A DNA stretch of 35,916 bases, taken from contig CAYYHO010000001.1 in the NCBI GenBank assembly GCA_964471725.1, positions 1 to 35,916 on the forward strand. Reading direction: 5' to 3'. Below are positions 9,301 through 16,613 of the stretch, piece after piece. The position numbers and the translations under genes are program-made. How positions within the stretch are numbered: the stretch's first letter is position 1; every line of letters starts with the position of its first letter. A model generated the notes under the pieces. The model was not told where the DNA came from. It saw only the letters and a program-made list of their open reading frames with translations, and did no database searches. The stretch is from an uncultured Methyloversatilis sp. (lineage in GTDB: Bacteria; Pseudomonadota; Gammaproteobacteria; Burkholderiales; Rhodocyclaceae).

Positions 9301-10198
9301 CTCCCCAAGTATTTGGTTCTGCACTTAAATCAATACGCCTGATATTCCGAGGATTACTGCTCTGACAGTAGTAAATAACGTTGGGGTTTGTTGGATCAAC
9401 GGCAACATTTCTTTCTACCGAAGGGACGAGATCAGAAAAAACCGGCGCACCTTTAACTTTATCGTTCTCGACTATATTAATACCTACGTCTGTAATAAGG
9501 ACAGAATACTTGTCATTAATTTGTTTATATCCTTCGTGTTCTCCCAATATTCTCTCGGCATATTTATTGAGTTCCGGCGGTACTTGTTTCGTATAATCAA
9601 TTCTTTGCCAATTTTGTGGAGCAAGCACAACACCGTTTTCATTTTTAGTGACGTAAGCAAAGTAGCCACCATCTTTTGTTGTTAGTACAATATACTTATC
9701 TAGGACGACTACATCTGAGGCAGTGAATTCTTTCATTGTTGCTTGTTCTAATTTGAATTCACCCTGACTAGCCGTGGCCAAAACAGCTCTAGCGAAACCT
9801 CTTAACTCTAGTGGTAACTTAGATAAATTCTGGGTATCATTATTTGTTTTAGTATCGTCACCAATATATTCTTTGCCTTGGCCAAGTTTATTTTTTACCT
9901 CAGAGCTATTCCAATTTACAGTAACTTTTTTGCTACTTAAAGGCTTTCTAAATTCTGGGATTACGCGAGCATCTTCGTCAAAAATTCGTATCTCGTCTGA
10001 TCCTTCGAGAGTAACGATGGTGTAATTGTTCCAAGGCCTGACAGCTTCGACTTTTAATTTTTTACCCTCGATATCATTTATCGGCTTTTCCGACTTCTGC
10101 AACTCTGCGAGTTGAAGCTCTGGCAAAGACTCGCGACCCTCGACACGGGCTCCCTCCTGTTTTGCCGCTATTTCTTTTTCTGGTGTGAATTTTTTCAT
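6353..10198 (-). CDS. Large MoxR/CbbQ-like (AAA_5) ATPase with N-terminal beta-rich (propeller-like) region and long helical middle
   Basis: GHAGTGKD, VVYFNEFN, LHALMDEKRSLTL, SSMNPGYPG, ATRSRM, ITGRELRR; N-terminal blade-like motifs VAVDPTNPNVIYY, LQLDPSGNFFLLY. Confidence 0.8.
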   Translation of the reverse strand: MKKFTPEKEIAAKQEGARVEGRESLPELQLAELQKSEKPINDIEGKKLKVEAVRPWNNYTIVTLEGSDEIRIFDEDARVIPEFRKPLSSKKVTVNWNSSEVKNKLGQGKEYIGDDTKTNNDTQNLSKLPLELRGFARAVLATASQGEFKLEQATMKEFTASDVVVLDKYIVLTTKDGGYFAYVTKNENGVVLAPQNWQRIDYTKQVPPELNKYAERILGEHEGYKQINDKYSVLITDVGINIVENDKVKGAPVFSDLVPSVERNVAVDPTNPNVIYYCQSSNPRNIRRIDLSAEPNTWGVVAAELPQKYDGISNLQLDPSGNFFLLYSKEDLVILTRDGLQEVKRMPKLTQVNFDATGKIRAVDKDGHLAIYEPNFEELAQEIDRHRVEKLASGIQLQDIFDLQASKKSEKGGEVLERLEPLRAKYQEQFGEVLAKITTQEGVLQLRQGFNKLRDQLRQHGLKPNEVNFIIEGLEAPIVEKEKEFAVKETQDVLTSVRAKLAGSLSITSISEARAEVDKIKAVEALLEGDLRQEFRQVAQELEQKSLEFFHQRGGEVIKDVRGLLDRTKTDLEAFTSKTQMDDWLEFRYPQLKSRLGSLAHDVPLEADEAYKAIVSARTELQELATQFEEKFKREYAKVREKAVERIEGTVDTLEADIEGLIDRLRSKGFADRRAAEQYLDTSEARKTLETEITALAGNNPDIAKELERALKVRLSNALTEIERGGMTQVAETGQQMILIGETYFPKWEAKVKEKGERKVDLLFAEDVKSHGPGVKAADILGDVALNIKTSTEKVENVRLYEGWQDENEWRLGLLSYRGEAIPPSYVTAGEYKTIRKEYSDWSKGEQSQLQKELQEKRDALKEIYSRRQKIGERTSEVDEAWKQEYQAKLNEYATFVAEHNIVLLKRIDRIKSEPEIEYTNGKGFVPEWQSHWVNDPQTAKDLEEMAKSFKMQMDLQEGMLNLKGHAGTGKDVRIKMFCALTNRPYFGIDGTKWTTEFELSEDVMLESKDGASQTVKVPSAVLNGITTPGAVVYFNEFNAMPEQAQIFLHALMDEKRSLTLKTSSGKVVRAHPSVLLASSMNPGYPGTFDPQFATRSRMVSLEVGYPPLTRKPDVGDTNPNAPYDASEALRIAREVDSLSDLTYEASLERNEFVKMWDKYINGIDNGSPDPNSTQKFDIDASLALVQFANNLRDNFIKIFEKSRDARNALPVSQPITGRELRRAAYELSKMTPEEKATANPEAIARNLLDKYFLTHIDKKEEQDKIRTAMNTWTSKKRVRA

Positions 10199-10260
10199 AG
10201 TGTTTAAGATTAATTAATTTTAACTTATTTTGATAAAAGTGGCTAAAAAATTGGATGTAT

Positions 10261-11961
10261 TCATGGTGCGTATAATTCGTTAATTTTGGCATAAACGTGT
10301 GCGATTGCTTTTCGAGTCTCATCAGAAATTTTACTCAATATTTCCTTCCGCTTGTCACTGAAATACAACATAAGGATTGTTTTTTCAAAAGCGGTATTTG
10401 TCGGAATGCCAAGTTCATGTTTGATCATCTTAAGGTCACTACCGGCAAATAAGTTTTGTAGGATAAAATTCTTTTTGCGTGGATTCGCGGATGGTAAAAG
10501 TAAGAATTTGTTTGCTTCACGATCTCCAAAAAACTCTTGAGCTTTTGCAAATTCTTTTTTACCCTCGGCATCGTTGTCCCACATGGCCACATATTTGACG
10601 CGCCACCCAATAGCGATAGATATAAAATACTTCACACTGTCTGCATTTACGGCCGGTAAGAATTTTAGATTGTTATTTTCGCCCTGAAACATCTCGAGTA
10701 CATAGTAGTCGTAGATACCCTCGACAATACAGAGATACTCAAAATTGAAATCCGTGATGAATGGTTTAATCTTCAATGCATCGATGATCGGCTGGATTGC
10801 AAGTCGTTTCTCTTTCTGGTCGTCCTTGTATTCCGGAAGTGATACGAGCTTCACACTTCCATCGCCACTCTTTTGAGCGATCTTAATGTAGCTCAAAGGA
10901 ATTTTGTCCGGATCGAGCAAATAGTGAGAGTGGGTGCAATAGATGACCACATTATTTTGAGATAGCAATGCCAGCTTCTCACAAAGCTTTGCTTGTGCGC
11001 TTGAATGCAAATAAGAGCCCGGTTCATCCAGTAAATAAATAGTATCTTTATCATCCATGCTTCGAACTTTTGGATTGAACTCCAGCTTCATCACAAAGTT
11101 AAAGAACCAATAAAAACCTTTGCTCCGATCTTGAATTCCAAAGTAACGGTCGTTACCTGCGATATTTTCTTTAATAAACAAGTTTAATTTATTTTCAGTA
11201 GCGGCGTACTGAATATCTACATCGAGTCGTGACCCTTCTTCAAGAGTGAACTTCTCCCACTCCTTCGCCAGCGTATTATTAAGAACCTTACACACATCAG
11301 CCATAATACTTTTGCGTTGAAGTTCCTCGGTCGCTTGAAGTTTGTATACGGAGTAGCTGGCGTTGGTCTTTTTGAACAGCTGTTCGATGATAGCAAGCCA
11401 GCCTTTTGGAGAATCAGGTTCGCCTTCGATCGGAATCTCCTCGTGTATGGTGTCCCGGAAATCATCGAAATACAAAATATATGGTGTGCTGCCCAAACAT
11501 TCTCCAATTACGAGCGGATTTAGATTTGGGAAAGCCTTTAGTTCTGTATTTTCGATACTATAAGTTTTGCTAGTTAGATTTCGTTTGATACGAATAGGGC
11601 CAGACCAAGAGGAAAGAGCCCTTTTATATTTTTTAAATTCTGCCTTTGCTTCAGCTGTCGTCTCGGCTTTACCATCTATATCGTTGAGAATATCAATCAG
11701 CTCGTCTTTTGTAGCCTCGATATCAGCTATGATCGACGGCTCACCCCGATTACTGGTTTTATAGAGATTACCGACATTCTTCATGTGCCGACCATCGTTG
11801 AGCGCGTCATTAGCCTCATCGAAAGCGAAAATACCCCACAATATGCTAGTCTTGCCGCTTTCGTTGATGCCAATAACTGGGAGCAAAGATTTTTTGATAT
11901 CTATCTCTAACTCACCGGCTATCGCTTTATAATCTTTAAGGGTAAATTTTGAGTATTTCAT
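10261..11961 (-). CDS. OLD-family-like ABC ATPase-TOPRIM nuclease
   Basis: Walker A GINESGKTS, signature RSKGF, Walker B YLLDEPGSYLH, H-loop CTHS, TOPRIM IVEGIYD and DND. Confidence 0.85.
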   Translation of the reverse strand: MKYSKFTLKDYKAIAGELEIDIKKSLLPVIGINESGKTSILWGIFAFDEANDALNDGRHMKNVGNLYKTSNRGEPSIIADIEATKDELIDILNDIDGKAETTAEAKAEFKKYKRALSSWSGPIRIKRNLTSKTYSIENTELKAFPNLNPLVIGECLGSTPYILYFDDFRDTIHEEIPIEGEPDSPKGWLAIIEQLFKKTNASYSVYKLQATEELQRKSIMADVCKVLNNTLAKEWEKFTLEEGSRLDVDIQYAATENKLNLFIKENIAGNDRYFGIQDRSKGFYWFFNFVMKLEFNPKVRSMDDKDTIYLLDEPGSYLHSSAQAKLCEKLALLSQNNVVIYCTHSHYLLDPDKIPLSYIKIAQKSGDGSVKLVSLPEYKDDQKEKRLAIQPIIDALKIKPFITDFNFEYLCIVEGIYDYYVLEMFQGENNNLKFLPAVNADSVKYFISIAIGWRVKYVAMWDNDAEGKKEFAKAQEFFGDREANKFLLLPSANPRKKNFILQNLFAGSDLKMIKHELGIPTNTAFEKTILMLYFSDKRKEILSKISDETRKAIAHVYAKINELYAP

Positions 11962-11972
11962 AGGCTTGCGAA

Positions 11973-12161
11973 TTATTTACGAATGACCTTATAGTCTCCC
12001 TTATTCCCACCAACCCGAATGTAATCCTCGCAACCATCTACATAAATCTTGCCGCACTTGCAGTGGATCATCTTTTTATGAGTATTCCAAAACAACTCAT
12101 CGCCACAGTGAGTGCATTTGTAGTAAAGCTGTTTAATTTTGGTGGCGATTTCCTGTTGCAT
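11973..12161 (-). CDS. Small zinc-binding protein
   Basis: 62 aa; CTHC...CKCG...VDG..DYIR; 4-bp and 11-bp gaps to neighbours. Confidence 0.7.
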   Translation of the reverse strand: MQQEIATKIKQLYYKCTHCGDELFWNTHKKMIHCKCGKIYVDGCEDYIRVGGNKGDYKVIRK

Positions 12162-12165
12162 AGAT

Positions 12166-13224
12166 TTATCCTTTGAACTCGTGATTGATGAGCTCGTCGT
12201 AAGACTTACCGATGAGCGTGCTGGAATTAAGGTCGATCACATCCAGCTCGCGCACACCATTGCGCGTACGGGCTCGAACGTAGCCAGAGCGCTCCTGATC
12301 GTCTTCGTTTTTGATCATTACATGGATGGAGTTTTCATCCTGCCGTTTCATCGAGATAATCTTTGTTTTCTTTAGATCGTAAATAAGTTTATCGGTCCCG
12401 GAAAAAGAGCCGCCTGGCATTTTGGTGTAATCAAGATTTTCGCTCCGAGCAATAGTAAAGCCCTGCCGAGAGACCAGTTGGTTCATGGTTAAGCCCTTGA
12501 GATGCTCCACAAAGTTGCGATCATGCGCCGGTAAGAACTTAGCCAAGTCTTGCTTTAACTTCTTGTCCTCGAAGTGACCAATACGATCCATGAGGTCTTG
12601 GAGTGAGGTTTGCATGTCATAGAATTTGAGCTTGCGATTGATCATGTCCCAATTAAGCTCTACGCCTTTTTGAAGCATGAACCAAAGATCGTAGACATCG
12701 CGTCCTTTCAAGCGATACAGGAACGCTCTGATTTTCTCTGATAAAACTTCCGGCCAATCCATGTGGCGCACCACCGGCAAAGGCACGACTGGGAAGTCAC
12801 TCTCAAGCACGGTGTCTTTGGAAGTTTCCGGTTTTTCTCGAAGTGAGAAATCCAAATGGATATTAAGCGGATACTTCATGCCTTCCGGCTGGTAGCTCAA
12901 GATGCCGGTATACGCAAACTTATTTTCATCAGTACGCTTGAGCTTCATATCCGGAACGGTAAGCATCATTTTCTTGACCGTATCCTGCACGAGCGGTTCG
13001 AGTTCTTTAGCGGTAAGCTCGGAAGTAAAATCCAGATCTTCGGAAAAGCGGCCGGACTTCAAAAGCAGACGAATGGCCGTACCGCCTTTGAAATAAATCT
13101 TTTTGCTCTCCGGCATGCTATAGAGCACGCTCAAGAACACCACCTGAATGTACTCGCGGATAATGGTGAACTCGTCGATGGCAAGCCGTTTGGAGAATTC
13201 GTTAATTTGCGCTTTGGAGATCAT
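12166..13224 (-). CDS. abiEii: AbiEii-family nucleotidyltransferase toxin with C-terminal extension
   Basis: FKGGTAIRLL, RFSEDLDF, EKIRA, KGRDVYDL motifs. Confidence 0.9.
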   Translation of the reverse strand: MISKAQINEFSKRLAIDEFTIIREYIQVVFLSVLYSMPESKKIYFKGGTAIRLLLKSGRFSEDLDFTSELTAKELEPLVQDTVKKMMLTVPDMKLKRTDENKFAYTGILSYQPEGMKYPLNIHLDFSLREKPETSKDTVLESDFPVVPLPVVRHMDWPEVLSEKIRAFLYRLKGRDVYDLWFMLQKGVELNWDMINRKLKFYDMQTSLQDLMDRIGHFEDKKLKQDLAKFLPAHDRNFVEHLKGLTMNQLVSRQGFTIARSENLDYTKMPGGSFSGTDKLIYDLKKTKIISMKRQDENSIHVMIKNEDDQERSGYVRARTRNGVRELDVIDLNSSTLIGKSYDELINHEFKG

Positions 13225-13228
13225 AAAT

Positions 13229-13810
13229 TTAGAACTTGATAGATTTAAAATAATTTTGGAATGCCCGGTTGGTGTTGCGAGAAGCGATCTCTTTGACCTT
13301 TGCTTTATCGACTGACTGCAAGTTCAGTTCCTCAACCGAAAGCGAGCTCCGGCCAAGGGCCGTAGCGAACATTGCATCAACCAGAGCTTTCTCCGGTGTG
13401 GCAATCAAGAAGCCTTCGACTAACTCGTAGTCGCCGAAGTATTTCTGATCAAGGTGCATGTACGAAAATGACTTATTGCCACTCGTGATGTTTTTGGTGA
13501 GCTTGGAAGTGACCGATGTAACCTGCTGGGGAGACTGTACCAAAATACCGTAGTAGTTGAGGGCCGAATCAAGTGACACATACGACGGCCGGTAAAGTAC
13601 ATTGGCCAATTCGAAGTCAGACGGCCGGTTGGACGTCAGAGTGTAATAGCCTTTGGAGACTTTCTCCAAAATACCTTCTTTAACCAAGCGACCGGCGAGT
13701 ACATAGGCGTAGGTATTACTGTTGGTCTGCAAAATTTTCTGCAGATCAGCCGAGGTAAAAACCTTTTTGCCGGAAGCCTGAAGTGTTTGTAATGCTTTTA
13801 ACTGCTTCAT
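13229..13810 (-). CDS. abiEi: AbiEi-family antitoxin/transcriptional regulator
   Basis: N-terminal wHTH (RLVKEGILEKVSKGYY), PSYVSLDSALNYYG, IATPEKALVD; directly upstream of abiEii. Confidence 0.9.
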   Translation of the reverse strand: MKQLKALQTLQASGKKVFTSADLQKILQTNSNTYAYVLAGRLVKEGILEKVSKGYYTLTSNRPSDFELANVLYRPSYVSLDSALNYYGILVQSPQQVTSVTSKLTKNITSGNKSFSYMHLDQKYFGDYELVEGFLIATPEKALVDAMFATALGRSSLSVEELNLQSVDKAKVKEIASRNTNRAFQNYFKSIKF

Positions 13811-13818
13811 AGAGTTTG

Positions 13819-14325
13819 TTATTTATCCTCTGGTATATGCTTCTGATGGCCGCCACCAGCTGTGCCGTCGTTGGTAGCCATACTGAAGTAAGAGCGTTGC
13901 GCGACAATGATAAAATCGGCAAAGAACGGTTTAAACGACAAGACCTGCGAATCGACCTGCAGGGAACGCATAAGCTTTTTGTCGTCCTCGTCCGGAGTAG
14001 GATCAATCGAGCCCGGGTGGTTTAAGAGCAAGACAAATTTCTTTGCCAAAAACAGGGAGAAATAGTGCCAGAGCATTTGAGTATCAAAATTCTTTGAGGA
14101 CGAACCCAAGAAAACCTGATGGCCAAGAAACAAGTTCTTATCGTCCAAATAAATCCCGATTACCTTAGGGACACCCTCATTCTCCAAATCCTTTAAGAAT
14201 TGGTACAAATCTTCCGGGTCCCGGACTTGCCCCTGAATCGGCAATTCGACCGCAGTCTCAATAATCTCAAATTTTTTGAGATACCTTTTGCCCTTTTCCT
14301 CGTTGTTATGGTCTTTTTTGGCCAT
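13819..14325 (-). CDS. RadC-like JAB-domain protein, degenerate metal site
   Basis: IYLDDKN, LNHPGSIDPTPDEDD (cf. HNHPSGxxxPSxxD), FADFIIV...YFSM. Confidence 0.7.
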   Translation of the reverse strand: MAKKDHNNEEKGKRYLKKFEIIETAVELPIQGQVRDPEDLYQFLKDLENEGVPKVIGIYLDDKNLFLGHQVFLGSSSKNFDTQMLWHYFSLFLAKKFVLLLNHPGSIDPTPDEDDKKLMRSLQVDSQVLSFKPFFADFIIVAQRSYFSMATNDGTAGGGHQKHIPEDK

Positions 14326-14350
14326 AGGTGTTAATTCATTAGTTTACTTA

Positions 14351-14390
14351 ATATTATCAGAATTGTATACAATAAGCAAACTAATTGCAA
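14351..14390 (-). promoter_or_regulatory. Tandem leftward promoters for the cargo operon with an overlapping 12-bp palindrome
   Basis: TTGCAA-17-TACAAT (14390 to 14362) and TTGCTT-17-TAATAT (14379 to 14351); palindrome ATTGTATACAAT 14362-14373. Confidence 0.6.
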
Positions 14391-14440
14391 GGACCCTTTA
14401 TCCACTCCCCAATAAGCCCATGTTTCCAAGCTACTTCGAA

Positions 14441-14484
14441 GGTACTCTCTAGATACTCTGTAGGTACTCTTTAGACCCTCTGTA
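14441..14484 (+). repeat. Four phased 11-bp direct repeats
   Basis: GGTACTCTCTA, GATACTCTGTA, GGTACTCTTTA, GACCCTCTGTA. Confidence 0.8.
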
Positions 14485-14508
14485 AGCAATTATGCACACC
14501 CGGTCTAC

Positions 14509-14538
14509 TTGTGCAGAATTTTGAAGCGGTGATATAAT
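14509..14538 (+). promoter_or_regulatory. Late-operon promoter
   Basis: Extended -10 TGaTATAAT (14530-14538) with TTGTGC 18 bp upstream. Confidence 0.65.
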
Positions 14539-14597
14539 AAAAACAACAACTGAATAGCTTATGCCTCAAGGGGCATCCTGAAAGGTATTCCGAGTTT

Positions 14598-14655
14598 AAG
14601 AGCTCGCGATCCGTTATCACTTTTTGTGGTACATGATCGCGAGCTCTTTTCGTTT
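14598..14655 (+). terminator. Intrinsic terminator within the late leader
   Basis: AAGAGCTCGCGATC (14598-14611) / GATCGCGAGCTCTT (14635-14648) perfect 14-bp stem, followed by TTCGTTT. Confidence 0.7.
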
Positions 14656-14672
14656 ATCCAGTTGTTGTCAGC

Positions 14673-14785
14673 TCTCTGATACCCACGAGGTCGACATCCG
14701 CAACCTGTAACGACCTCACACTGCTCGGAGCTCACGGGTTCCGGGTACATAAAAAAATCTACAGGGGGTGCGCGGGTGTCAGAGA
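14673..14785 (+). ncRNA. Candidate structured RNA in the methylase leader
   Basis: Closing stem 14673-14687/14771-14785, internal stems and a potential pseudoknot; family not recognised. Confidence 0.45.
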
Positions 14786-14801
14786 TTTGATTTAACTTTC
14801 T

Positions 14802-15821
14802 ATGTTTTCCAAATTCCAATCATTACCAAGTTACTTCGGCGGCAAGCGAAAGCTGGTCAAATATATTTTTAAGCCGATCAAGAAAACAGAAGGAGTTTTT
14901 ATAGACGCTTTTCTTGGCGGCGGATCAGTAAGTCTCTACGCCAAAGCAAAAGGATACAAAGTTATTTCAAACGACATCGCATACCGGTCCCTGATTATCG
15001 GCAAGGCCATCATCGCCAACAACAGCGTGAAGTTGGAAACCGAGGACTTGGCGAGACTGTTTATGGAAACCAAGCACTATGGATTTATAAAAAAGAATTA
15101 CTGCCCGAAAGTATTTACCAGCAAGATCGCCGACTTTTTGGACAATGCCGTGGCGGCCGCGCGACAAGTGGAAAACGAAACCAAACGATACCTGCTTTTG
15201 CACCTTATCATCAAATTCATTCTGTCGTGCCGACAGTTCGGAAAATTCACGCACACCCGGGACACACTGGACTTGGAAGCTCGCAAGTGGGAGTGGCCAC
15301 TACGATCCAAGTCGCATGCCCCGAAAAATCTGCGGATGATCCAGAATCCCATGCTCACTTTGGAAAAATTAAAAGACGAAGTTAATCATGGAATTTTCGA
15401 TAACCATCAAGACAATGAAATACACCAAAAAGACGTGTTTGATTTCCTCAAGACTGTTCAAGGTGATGTTGTTTATTTTGATCCTCCTTATCCTGGCTCT
15501 TCTGCCTACGAGGTTGAGTATGGGATTTTAGACAACCTGCTCGTCGGCAAAAAGCTGGATAACAAACCGAGCGGATTTTCAAATAAAGACGCTGACGACT
15601 TTCTGGAAAGAATGTTTGAAGCGGCAAAGCATATTCCTCAATGGATTATTTCTCTCGGCCAAAACAAAGAGGATGTGGGAGTTAAACCGGAAAAGTTGCT
15701 GGCAATGGTGCAGAAGCACCGCAAAGCCGAAGTGCAGATGCTCGATCACAAGTGGTCAGTATCAAACGCCGGTGGCCGCAACCAGAGCAATAACATCGAG
15801 TACATGATCGTAACCGTATGA
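14802..15821 (+). CDS. DNA adenine methyltransferase (D12/Dam-like class)
   Basis: YFGGKRKL, FIDAFLGGGSVS (motif I), VYFDPPY (motif IV). Confidence 0.9.
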   Translation: MFSKFQSLPSYFGGKRKLVKYIFKPIKKTEGVFIDAFLGGGSVSLYAKAKGYKVISNDIAYRSLIIGKAIIANNSVKLETEDLARLFMETKHYGFIKKNYCPKVFTSKIADFLDNAVAAARQVENETKRYLLLHLIIKFILSCRQFGKFTHTRDTLDLEARKWEWPLRSKSHAPKNLRMIQNPMLTLEKLKDEVNHGIFDNHQDNEIHQKDVFDFLKTVQGDVVYFDPPYPGSSAYEVEYGILDNLLVGKKLDNKPSGFSNKDADDFLERMFEAAKHIPQWIISLGQNKEDVGVKPEKLLAMVQKHRKAEVQMLDHKWSVSNAGGRNQSNNIEYMIVTV

Positions 15822-16612
15822 CAAAAGCAAAAACACAAATCAAGACGGTGAAAATAAAGGAGTGCGTTCCGAACTGGTGGAATCCCAACGAGATGAACGC
15901 GCGCCAATTTTCATCACTCAAAAAAGCCCTGACCCGATACGGCCAGACCAAGCCGATCCAAGTCGGCATCTGGCCGAACATGAAAGTCAAAGACGGTTAT
16001 GTGATCGTGGGCGGTTTCCACACATGGAAAGTGCTCGGCGAGCTTGGCAATGCCGAGATCGAAGCCAACGTTCACGAATTTAAAAACGAGGATGAAGCCA
16101 AGCTCTATGGACTGACCGACAACATTCACGGGTCCAACCAGCAACTCAAACTCGGTAAGCTCGCCTACGAACTGACGCAGAACGGCTACTCGATAAAAGA
16201 AATCGCAAGCAATCTCGGCGAGGAGGACGTGAATGTTAAAGACGCGCTCGACCTCGTGAAAGACGAAATCGAAAAGAAAATGGTCGAGCTCAAAAAAGCC
16301 GAGAGAGAAAACTTTGTCGCCTTGAACTTCATCGTAGACAAAGACCCGAAAGAAGCCGCCGATGAATTTATAAAAGCGGTCACCGCATTTGCAAAGACCA
16401 AAGGCGTAAAGGTCGGCAAGGTAAGCAAAGACATCAATGCCCACCGAGAGACCATTGCCCTGATGAGCTTTAACGTGACCAATCCGCAGAAAACCGTGAT
16501 TGACGAAGCACTAGCCGAGGTCGCCAAAGCCGAGAGTGTGAGTGAGAGCAAGGCATTGGAAATCATCTGTTCAGATCGCATTGCGGCAATAAACGGCAAT
16601 AAACAGAAATAA
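15818..16612 (+). CDS. ParB/Srx-like N-terminal domain protein
   Basis: PNWWNPNEM, YGQTKPIQV, IVGGFHTW; ATGA overlap with the MTase. Confidence 0.75.
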   Translation: MTKAKTQIKTVKIKECVPNWWNPNEMNARQFSSLKKALTRYGQTKPIQVGIWPNMKVKDGYVIVGGFHTWKVLGELGNAEIEANVHEFKNEDEAKLYGLTDNIHGSNQQLKLGKLAYELTQNGYSIKEIASNLGEEDVNVKDALDLVKDEIEKKMVELKKAERENFVALNFIVDKDPKEAADEFIKAVTAFAKTKGVKVGKVSKDINAHRETIALMSFNVTNPQKTVIDEALAEVAKAESVSESKALEIICSDRIAAINGNKQK

Positions 16613-16613
16613 A

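Noticed and set aside
10074..10322. 82-aa minus-strand ORF bridging the OLD and AAA genes
   Set aside because: Overlaps both genes out of frame; AT-rich spacer read-through
10261..11961. Gabija, PARIS or retron system call
   Set aside because: No UvrD-like GajB, separate partner nuclease, or RT/msr-msd in the neighbourhood
13819..14325. CBASS Cap3 or ubiquitin-like system JAB
   Set aside because: Motifs are RadC-type and degenerate; no cyclase, E1/E2 or Ubl gene present
14559..14819. 86-aa minus-strand ORF across the late leader
   Set aside because: No recognisable motif, overlaps the MTase start, and the region is better explained by RNA stems
14802..15821. Restriction-modification system
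   Set aside because: No adjacent endonuclease; the MTase is coupled to the packaging operon
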